Position numbers and translations under genes: made by a program. DNA of 27,070 nt from a virus (taxonomy: Duplodnaviria > Caudoviricetes). Below, piece after piece: positions 7,663 through 15,619 of the stretch. A model generated the notes under the pieces. That model saw only the letters and a program-made list of their open reading frames with translations, had not been told where the DNA came from and searched no databases. Location: the IMG/VR virus record IMGVR_UViG_3300022178_000117, positions 1-27,070 of that record; one strand, 5' to 3'. Within the stretch, counting starts at the first letter, position 1; each line of letters begins with the position of its first letter.

Positions 7663-9093
7663 ATGAATTATAAATTTAAGACAAAACCATATAAGCATCA
7701 AATGACTGCTTTAGAAAAGTCGTGGCATAAAGAAACGTATGCATACTTTATGGAGATGGGTACCGGTAAAACAAAAGTTTTAATCGATAACATGTCTATG
7801 CTTTATGACAAAGGCAAGATAGATGGTGCATTAATTGTAGCTCCCAAAGGTGTTATAAAAACCTGGTACGAGCAAGAGCTTCCTGCGCACTTACCAGACC
7901 ATATAGAAAATGTGACAGTATTGTGGCAACCAAATATTACAAAAGGACAACAAGAAAAACTAGAAAGTTTGTTTGAAATAGAAACATCTTTACATATTTT
8001 AGTTATGAATGTTGAAGCATTTAGTACAGACAAAGGTATGAAGTTTGCATCTAAGTTTTTAAGTTCACACAAAGTATTAATGGCTATTGATGAATCTACA
8101 ACAATCAAAACACCAACTGCAAAACGTACAAAAAATATTATTCGTCTTAGTAAATTTGCTAAATACAGACGTATCATGACAGGTTCTCCAGTAACTAAAA
8201 ACCCACTTGATTTATATACACAGTGTGAATTTTTAGACCCATACTTATTAGATCATGCATCGTATTATTCTTTTAGAAATAGATACGCTGTAATGAAATC
8301 TATGCATGTAAGAGGTAGAACAATACAAGTCGTACATGCTTTTCAAAATCTTGCAGAACTATCAGACAAACTACATGGGTTTTCTTACAGAGTATTAAAA
8401 GAAGATTGCTTAGATTTACCACCTAAAAATTTTACAAAAAGACATATTGTTCTTACAGGTGATCAAAGAAAAATTTATGATCAAATGAAAAAAACAGCAC
8501 TAGCTACACTTAATGGTAAAGTTACATCTACAGTAACTGTATTAACTCAACTTATGAGAATGCATCAAATAACTTGTGGGCATTTTACAGCGGATGATGG
8601 ATCCACACAATTAATACCAAACAATAGAATTACAGAACTAATGAATGTATTAGAAGAAACAGAAGGTAAAGCTATTATTTGGGCTAACTATCAGAGAGAC
8701 ATTACAAACATAATAGAAAGTATCATAAAAGAATATGGTCCAGGATCCGTGGTTGATTATTATGGGTTAACACCACAAGAAGAAAGACAAGAAAATATTA
8801 AAAAGTTTCAAAACGATGAGAACTGTAGATTTATTGTAGGTACACCACAAACAGGTGGTTATGGTATTACACTTACACAAGCTAACACCGTTATTTATTA
8901 TTCTAATGGATATGACTTAGAAAAAAGATTACAATCAGAAGATAGAGCACACCGAATAGGCCAAGCCAAATCAGTGACTTATGTTGACTTGATTGCCGAA
9001 GATACAGTTGACGAAAAGATAACCAAAGCTTTACGTAAAAAAATAAATATAGCCTCTGAAGTATTGGGTGAAGAATTAAAAGCTTGGATTTAA
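7663..9093 (+). CDS. SNF2-like superfamily 2 helicase/ATPase
   Basis: MEMGTGKT, IDEST, MTGSP, GGYGITL, QSEDRAHRIGQ motifs; the only convincing plus-strand gene. Confidence 0.93.
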   Translation: MNYKFKTKPYKHQMTALEKSWHKETYAYFMEMGTGKTKVLIDNMSMLYDKGKIDGALIVAPKGVIKTWYEQELPAHLPDHIENVTVLWQPNITKGQQEKLESLFEIETSLHILVMNVEAFSTDKGMKFASKFLSSHKVLMAIDESTTIKTPTAKRTKNIIRLSKFAKYRRIMTGSPVTKNPLDLYTQCEFLDPYLLDHASYYSFRNRYAVMKSMHVRGRTIQVVHAFQNLAELSDKLHGFSYRVLKEDCLDLPPKNFTKRHIVLTGDQRKIYDQMKKTALATLNGKVTSTVTVLTQLMRMHQITCGHFTADDGSTQLIPNNRITELMNVLEETEGKAIIWANYQRDITNIIESIIKEYGPGSVVDYYGLTPQEERQENIKKFQNDENCRFIVGTPQTGGYGITLTQANTVIYYSNGYDLEKRLQSEDRAHRIGQAKSVTYVDLIAEDTVDEKITKALRKKINIASEVLGEELKAWI

Positions 9094-9569
9094 ACAAATA
9101 TTTCTTTTGCTTTACCTAGTATTGGTTTGTATTTTGTTTTACCTTCTTCTCTATATGCATGTAAAAATTGTTTTCTAGGCATACCTTCCGTTACGCTACA
9201 ATGTATCCAGCCTGAGTTTGGTTCACCAGGAACATAATACTCAAGAATTAATTGATCCCATTCTAACTCTCTGTGTATCCAATCGGCAAGCTCACAGTTA
9301 TCCACTCCAACCACTTCGAAGTCTGCGGCCTCTGCACGGGCGTGTTGTGAATTTGGTGAACTACCAATAGCTTGGCACAGCTGTGGACTACGGAACCCGC
9401 TAGTTACCTTGACCCTGCCGAAGTGGTCACGTACTGGTTGTAAAATTTTTTCACAAAGTGTTTTTAATTTTTCTATTTGATCGGCATTAGGATTATTATC
9501 AATCCCTTTACGGATTGCTGTGTCTGATTTGATAAGCTCTTGAAGAGTAAAATTCCGTGTAAGTTCCAT
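9090..9569 (-). CDS. Peptidase M15 family endolysin (Zn peptidase), 159 aa from MELTRNF
   Basis: NFTLQEL, VTSGFRS, SQHxxxxAAD, WIHCS zinc motifs; start moved to 9569 because the upstream extension overlaps another gene. Confidence 0.88.
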   Translation of the reverse strand: MELTRNFTLQELIKSDTAIRKGIDNNPNADQIEKLKTLCEKILQPVRDHFGRVKVTSGFRSPQLCQAIGSSPNSQHARAEAADFEVVGVDNCELADWIHRELEWDQLILEYYVPGEPNSGWIHCSVTEGMPRKQFLHAYREEGKTKYKPILGKAKEIFV

Positions 9570-9571
9570 TT

Positions 9572-9748
9572 TTATGCAAGGTCTGTTAATAATACTAATA
9601 ATACGGCTCCCATACCTCCGACTATCCAATACTCTAATCTTTTAATACGTTCTTGCATTTCTTTTATTTGTTCGAATGTTTGCTTTTGCATTATTCTGCA
9701 AAGCTTTTCATGTGATTCAATTTTTTGTAATGCTGATTTTTTAGCCAT
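9572..9748 (-). CDS. 58-aa coiled-coil protein with C-terminal transmembrane helix (holin/XhlA-like candidate)
   Basis: Hand-translated: MAKKSALQKIESHEKLCRIMQKQTFEQIKEMQERIKRLEYWIVGGMGAVLLVLLTDLA; TAATG overlap with the upstream gene; directly precedes the endolysin. Confidence 0.75.
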   Translation of the reverse strand: MAKKSALQKIESHEKLCRIMQKQTFEQIKEMQERIKRLEYWIVGGMGAVLLVLLTDLA

Positions 9749-12700
9749 TACGTTGTTCTCCTTAATCTTTGTCTGATTACTTGTTCTTCTGGGGATAGTA
9801 ATGCAGTTTCAGTTGATGTCAAGTTAGTATTTTGATCTACTGTTTGTGCTTGATTACTTATATTTGGCTGTGGATTTACAATTGGTTGAGGTAAATTTGG
9901 TAAAGGTATCAATGGTGCTTCCTCAAATAAATAATCAGCTAAATCAATATCAAATGTTGAGTCTAAAGGTAGCTCTTTAAATAAAGATTTCATGGCTCTT
10001 AATGTTGGTGCAACTTCTAAATACACATTTGGATCTCCTAAATTATTTGCAATTTCAGCAAATCTTTTTCTAATATCTTGAGAAGGGAAATATGGTTCAA
10101 ATACTCCTGTTGCTAAATTGTTAAAAGTTTTTGTACTTATTTGTCTATCACTAAATTCTCTTCTTAATGAACTTGTGTCAACACCAAGAATTCCAGCAGC
10201 GTTAATATTTTTATTCATTTCTTGTTGAACTTCAAATCTTGCTTTGTTTGAATTATAAAATGCACTAATGACATCGTTTGGTTTTATTCTACCACCTCTT
10301 AATATTCCAAAGTAACCACCAGTAAATTCTCTTCTAGCATTTCTAATACCTTGTTGGTAATCAGCTATCTTAAATCCCATAGATTGTAATGGGTCTACTT
10401 TAATAGGACGTAGTCCCATAAATCCTGCTAGCTCTGGTCCAATGTTTAAAAAATCTCCACGTTTGTCAGGAGTTCCAAATGCAGCTGTACCTAATCTTAA
10501 AAATTGTTTGTAAGAAGGTGCCAATGCATTACCTAAATGTAAAAATCTAATTGCAGCTTTATTACCTGCTGGTGTTTGATCCGTGTACAATTGTCTACCT
10601 TCTTTGGTTCTACCACCTCTAACAATTAAATCTGCTGTTGCTTCTGTCCAAATAGATTCTGATATAAATGGATTCATAATCTCAGCACTAGCTTCAGATA
10701 CTCCATCAACAAAACCTGATAATAATGTTTCATCGTTTTGTTGACCTTCAATAATATTATTTACTAAAGTTCTATATGGTCTAGCTATTACATCGTATGC
10801 ATTACTATGACTAAAGTCTATATAACGCAGTTCACCATCTTCTGTTTTAATTGGTATTAGTGTAGAGTTTTTAGACCATTCTGGCACGAATTGACGTAAT
10901 GCTTGGATCTCTTCTTCTGTTACATCATAAATTGCTTTTGCACCTTCAACTGCTATTGTCGGCACAGCTCCTAATGTAAATGCCATACCGGATAATCTTT
11001 TAAATCCAGTTCCATACATTTCATTGTTATTTTTAACTAAACCTTTTCCTTCTATATTTACATAAGGCGTGACGCTGCTTCCTATTATTTTCTCTCCTGC
11101 AGCTGGTATGTGTCTCATTTCTTTTAATCCTTGTTCTGCAATATTAGTTGTAGTTCTAATTATTTCAGATGGAAATGACATAAAATTACCAATCGGTAAT
11201 ATCCTTGCAGTCTTAACAGCAGATCCAACGTATGCGTAGTTTGGTACAGTATTCTTTACAATATTAGCTGCTTCTTGTTTTAATCCTCTTAATGTTTCTT
11301 TGTTATTTACATCAACACCTCTTTTAACTGCAGCTTTTTTTAATCTATCTAATTCAACAACATAGTTTGTAATCTTCCATGTATCATCCTCTGCAACATA
11401 TTTACCTTGAAAAAAGTTTCCAAGTTTTTTTAATTTACTCAGCATAGGCCTTAGTATTGTATCTGTTGATACAACACCTGGGTTCCCTGTTGCATCTTTT
11501 AAAAGATTAATAAGATCTCCAATTTGTACTTGTGAGTTTGTAACTCCAAGCTCTAATAATTCTCTATAAGCTGCTTGCGCTTCTGCTGAGTTTGGTCCAA
11601 GTTTCAAAAGCCCTGATATATCAATACCTTCAGCAAACGCTTTTTTTAACAACCCAGGATTTGTTAGACCTTCAATAAATATTCCATTTGCACTAGCAAA
11701 TGCACCAGCACTAAAAAAGTTACGTAAGTGTGTAGGTATAGATAAAACTGTTTTTGCTAATTGTGATATACCTTTTGGAAATAATAATAAATTTCTGTAG
11801 AACCAAGTAACTGCTTTTTCTGTACCCTTAGCACCTTCTCTACCTCTAATTAAACCAGTTAAACTTGCACCTACGTCATTTATATTTTCGATACCTTCGG
11901 CTATTTCTTTTGTAGTATATTTACCAGACAAAGGACTGACTAATGTATTACCACCTGGTAATTTTTGAATAACATCATCTAATGAAACTATTTCAATACC
12001 TGTAGTTGGTGAGTTAACAGCTTGTTTTGCAAGGTCTTCACTTTCCCAAAAAAATCCTCTTCCACCACTTTCTTGCACTTGTCTGTTTTGCGCTGCAACA
12101 TCATCGAAATAAGTTGCAGTTCTTGCAACTGCAGATAAGTTTGTCATTGCATTGAATATAGAATAACGTGGGTCTTGTACTTCACCAAATAACTCTCTAA
12201 GCACTTTACTGCCTCTACCCATTGCTTTTTCAAAACTTTTTGTTTGTGACATTGCTGTACCATTTGTGTATGTTATATCAGGTAGACCAGCTGGTTTCTT
12301 TTTAATTTGTACTTGATTTACAATATCATCAACTAAAAATTTTGCTCTTTCATAATATTCTGTTCCTTCAGGATCAAAAGCTTTAGTTCTATTTTTATCT
12401 GTTCTTGCTAAATATCTTCTAAATAAATTTATAGCATTTGAATATGCTTCATCGGTTGGTTTATATTTTTGAAACAATTTAAATAAACCTTTTGGTCTTT
12501 GAAATATTCTATATGTACCACCTAACCATCCTTCTATTCTTTCTTTCATAATTTTTTGTAGGTCTTTTGCACCAGAAGCTTTTTTACTTCCTGCATTTTT
12601 ATTTAATATATTAATTAAATTGGTAAACTCTCCTCTGGCATTATTTAAATTAAATATAATATTTTGTGCAGCTTCTTCGTCTATGTCAGCTTTTTTTAAA

Positions 12701-13695
12701 AACTTAACTAAATCATCTACTGCTCTTGGGTTTATTTCTTTTGTTAAATCACCTTCAAATAAAACATCATTTAATTTTTTATAAAAATCTTTTTGTTGTG
12801 TATCAGTTGATGTATCAAAAAATTTACCTGAACGTGGATATACTTTATCTACTTCTCTTGTAATATTTTCTACTATCTCTCTTGCTCTAAATGTATCTCT
12901 TGCTTTTAATCCAGCTTTAGCCATTTCAGATTCAAATACTTCTCTAGGTAAATCTCCTTGAGGTCTAAAAGCTGAACCGATATATTTATTTACCCATCTT
13001 TCAAATGCACTGTCACTATATGCAAGTTCTTGACCTCGTTTTGCAAGAGCCTTACCTCCTCTACCAACACCATAAACAAAAGGTGTTATAAATATAGACT
13101 CTGCACCAAACTTTAATCTGTTTAATATTCTTCTACCTGCTTCTTCTCTACCTTCTCCTTCAACTGTATCTAACGCAGTTGGTCCTTCAAAAAAATCTCC
13201 AAACGTTCCTATTTCTTCTACATCAGCAACAAGTGTTTCTCCTGTTGCACCACCAAATACACCTGCAGCAAATCTTTTTGAACCATCCGGTATTCTATCA
13301 TTTAATGATTTTGCTTTCTTCATACCATCTTGAACAGCTTTAGCTCTTAAATTAGCATATGTTCCAGCTTTTTTTGCTTTTAATGCTTTGTCTGCTAATT
13401 TAGTTGCAAGTTTAAAACCTGCTCCACCTGGTATACCTATCTGTGTAAATGTTTCTACAAGTTTACCAGCGACTCTTTCTTGTGCCGTGTCTTCAAATAT
13501 ATTAACATCGTCAAAAAATCTTTCTACATCTGCAACTGTGTTAGAGTCTGCTCCAAGGTCCACGAGCTCTGCACCAAGAGACACTACACCTTCAACAGTT
13601 TTAATTAAACCAGATACTAAACCAGCGCCTACTGATGTGTACCATGCTGCTGAGCTGTTTTCCTCTGATGGCAGTAGTGGTGTAAATTTTGCCAT
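9748..13695 (-). CDS. Large internal virion / DNA ejection protein (1315 aa)
   Basis: Size, helical character, Gly/Ala-rich hydrophobic N-terminal helices, last gene of the structural module; SD GAGG. Function inferred from podovirus synteny. Confidence 0.65.
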   Translation of the reverse strand: MAKFTPLLPSEENSSAAWYTSVGAGLVSGLIKTVEGVVSLGAELVDLGADSNTVADVERFFDDVNIFEDTAQERVAGKLVETFTQIGIPGGAGFKLATKLADKALKAKKAGTYANLRAKAVQDGMKKAKSLNDRIPDGSKRFAAGVFGGATGETLVADVEEIGTFGDFFEGPTALDTVEGEGREEAGRRILNRLKFGAESIFITPFVYGVGRGGKALAKRGQELAYSDSAFERWVNKYIGSAFRPQGDLPREVFESEMAKAGLKARDTFRAREIVENITREVDKVYPRSGKFFDTSTDTQQKDFYKKLNDVLFEGDLTKEINPRAVDDLVKFLKKADIDEEAAQNIIFNLNNARGEFTNLINILNKNAGSKKASGAKDLQKIMKERIEGWLGGTYRIFQRPKGLFKLFQKYKPTDEAYSNAINLFRRYLARTDKNRTKAFDPEGTEYYERAKFLVDDIVNQVQIKKKPAGLPDITYTNGTAMSQTKSFEKAMGRGSKVLRELFGEVQDPRYSIFNAMTNLSAVARTATYFDDVAAQNRQVQESGGRGFFWESEDLAKQAVNSPTTGIEIVSLDDVIQKLPGGNTLVSPLSGKYTTKEIAEGIENINDVGASLTGLIRGREGAKGTEKAVTWFYRNLLLFPKGISQLAKTVLSIPTHLRNFFSAGAFASANGIFIEGLTNPGLLKKAFAEGIDISGLLKLGPNSAEAQAAYRELLELGVTNSQVQIGDLINLLKDATGNPGVVSTDTILRPMLSKLKKLGNFFQGKYVAEDDTWKITNYVVELDRLKKAAVKRGVDVNNKETLRGLKQEAANIVKNTVPNYAYVGSAVKTARILPIGNFMSFPSEIIRTTTNIAEQGLKEMRHIPAAGEKIIGSSVTPYVNIEGKGLVKNNNEMYGTGFKRLSGMAFTLGAVPTIAVEGAKAIYDVTEEEIQALRQFVPEWSKNSTLIPIKTEDGELRYIDFSHSNAYDVIARPYRTLVNNIIEGQQNDETLLSGFVDGVSEASAEIMNPFISESIWTEATADLIVRGGRTKEGRQLYTDQTPAGNKAAIRFLHLGNALAPSYKQFLRLGTAAFGTPDKRGDFLNIGPELAGFMGLRPIKVDPLQSMGFKIADYQQGIRNARREFTGGYFGILRGGRIKPNDVISAFYNSNKARFEVQQEMNKNINAAGILGVDTSSLRREFSDRQISTKTFNNLATGVFEPYFPSQDIRKRFAEIANNLGDPNVYLEVAPTLRAMKSLFKELPLDSTFDIDLADYLFEEAPLIPLPNLPQPIVNPQPNISNQAQTVDQNTNLTSTETALLSPEEQVIRQRLRRTT

Positions 13696-13703
13696 TTTTA
13701 CCT

Positions 13704-14600
13704 CTATCTGTATATGTTATAGTTTGGAATTTCTTCCATACCCTTTTCTCTTTTGTCTCTGCCTTCTTCAATTGTTTCCAATATAAATTTATCTGTATCT
13801 GTTAAACCAGGTTGAAATACTTCTTTAATACTTTGTTTTGGTTTAACTTCATTTTCATTAGCTTCAGATAATATTTCACCTTCAGTATCAGGTGTCATGT
13901 CTCCTGTTATATTAAAATCTACAAAACCTAATTTGTTTGTTTCAGGGTCTTTAACTAATTTTACAATTTTACCAGTATTTATATCCCAAAATACTTTACC
14001 AACTTTATTTCTATTTCTTTGAGCAAATGCTTTAGCTTGTTTTTCATTACTTAAATCAGATTCAATAATACCACCTATTTGTGTATCTCCAACTGTGCCT
14101 GCAAGCTGTGGTCTTACTTCTAAAAAGAATTTAGCCTTGTTTGTTGCTTTGTTTAAATCACCATCATAGTCATCTAGATATTGTGCAGCTAATTGATTAA
14201 CAGTTAAACTATCACCTGAATTAATTTTCATTTTTTCAACTTCTAGTCTTTTATCTAATAAACCTTCTTCAAACTCTTGACCTTCAAGTCTTTCACTTCT
14301 TAAAAATTCTTTTTCAGATTCTAATTTTCTACGTGCTGCTTGACTCTCTTGTAAGTTTTTAAATGGTCCTTGAGCCGCGGTCGCTGCAGTAGCTAGTAAG
14401 CCGCCTTGTGGTGGTGTCGATAATAAATTTAAACCAAGACCAGTTAAAAAACCTGGCACGCCACCAAAATTAACACTAGGTGCGTATGGGTTAGGTGTTC
14501 CTTGTGCATATTGTTTTCTTGGTTGATCTAGTCCTGATGTAATACCAGTTCCTGCTGATCCACCTATTCTAAACATTGGTCTTTTTAAAGTCCTGTTCAT
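13704..14600 (-). CDS. Putative internal virion / ejection protein (298 aa)
   Basis: N-terminal FRIGG and RKQYAQG motifs, hydrophobic FLTGLGLNLL segment, then a charged coiled coil; synteny. Confidence 0.55.
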   Translation of the reverse strand: MNRTLKRPMFRIGGSAGTGITSGLDQPRKQYAQGTPNPYAPSVNFGGVPGFLTGLGLNLLSTPPQGGLLATAATAAQGPFKNLQESQAARRKLESEKEFLRSERLEGQEFEEGLLDKRLEVEKMKINSGDSLTVNQLAAQYLDDYDGDLNKATNKAKFFLEVRPQLAGTVGDTQIGGIIESDLSNEKQAKAFAQRNRNKVGKVFWDINTGKIVKLVKDPETNKLGFVDFNITGDMTPDTEGEILSEANENEVKPKQSIKEVFQPGLTDTDKFILETIEEGRDKREKGMEEIPNYNIYR

Positions 14601-14602
14601 AA

Positions 14603-15619
14603 TTATTTATTAAACCCAAATTGAATATTAGCGTTTGGTTGAAGTGCTCCATAAATACCAGCCAGTGTTGTTCCAACTCCTAACGCAGTTTGTAATGGTG
14701 TAGGGTTAGGTATGTTTGTTGTTTGTGTTTGACCAGGATATCCACCCATAATTCCTGTTACTTGTCCAGCAAATCTATCTAACTGTTCTTGTGGTAAGAA
14801 TGTAGCTTGTCTTGCTGCTTCTCTTTGTGCATCAAGACCTGCTTGTGTTTGTGCTTGGTTCAGTGCGCCCAACTGACCTAAACGTCCAATATCTACACCT
14901 GTTGCACCTTGTTGTGCTTGACCTAGTGCTGCTTGAAATTGACCTAAACCTTGTTGTTGTGATGCAAATGCTCCTCTGTTAGCGATGTCTTGTTGTCTGG
15001 CTCCCGCTGCCTGACCGAATCCTTGTTGCAAGAGACCGGCTTGTAATAATGCTCGTTCTCTCGCAGCCCCTGTGCCGAACTCTGCGAGTTGCACTCCCGC
15101 TCGACCACTGCCGAGCGCACCCAAAGCTGCTTGTTGATCTCTTATACCTTGTTGTTGTATTTGCGTGTTACGATCAAACTCTGAAAGTGTTGCATCAATC
15201 ACTTGTGATTGATACGGGGACATAAAGTCTTGTACGCCTTGTTGGAAAGCTGTTGCTCCCAAACCTACTCCACCTAATGCTGTTCCAGCTGCTGTGCCTG
15301 CAGTTTGTGCTTGTTGTAAAAATGGTTGAAAAGATCCTACACCTTGGGTTGCTAAATTTTGTGCTTGTGTTTGTAGTGCATCTTGACCTGCTACTTGTGG
15401 TGCAAGTCCTGATAAACTTTGTTGTCTTGTTGTAAATTGTTGAGCAGCACTTTGTCTTGCTGCAAAATCAGCAGCAGATTCACCAGGTTGTTGTGATATA
15501 CCAGCAATACCAGTTGATACTACAGGTACACCTGATTGTGCTGTAACTTGTTTTGCTAAATCTTGTCCTAGATCTTGAACGAATTGTGCAGGTAAATTTT
15601 GTACTTGTTGAATAGCCAT
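14603..15619 (-). CDS. Gln/Gly/Ala-rich putative ejection (pilot-like) protein (338 aa)
   Basis: Q/A/G-rich helical sequence, FMSPYQSQVID motif, C-terminal hydrophobic ALGVGTTLAGIYG. Confidence 0.6.
   Translation of the reverse strand: MAIQQVQNLPAQFVQDLGQDLAKQVTAQSGVPVVSTGIAGISQQPGESAADFAARQSAAQQFTTRQQSLSGLAPQVAGQDALQTQAQNLATQGVGSFQPFLQQAQTAGTAAGTALGGVGLGATAFQQGVQDFMSPYQSQVIDATLSEFDRNTQIQQQGIRDQQAALGALGSGRAGVQLAEFGTGAARERALLQAGLLQQGFGQAAGARQQDIANRGAFASQQQGLGQFQAALGQAQQGATGVDIGRLGQLGALNQAQTQAGLDAQREAARQATFLPQEQLDRFAGQVTGIMGGYPGQTQTTNIPNPTPLQTALGVGTTLAGIYGALQPNANIQFGFNK

Noticed and set aside
9570-9629. N-terminal extension of the endolysin in the ORF track (MDSRRY...)
   Set aside because: It overlaps the 58-aa membrane-protein gene in another frame; M15-like sequence begins at MELTRNF.
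13388-13786. 132-aa plus-strand ORF, and the other short antisense or off-frame ORFs in the track
   Set aside because: They overlap well-supported genes and have no recognisable motifs.
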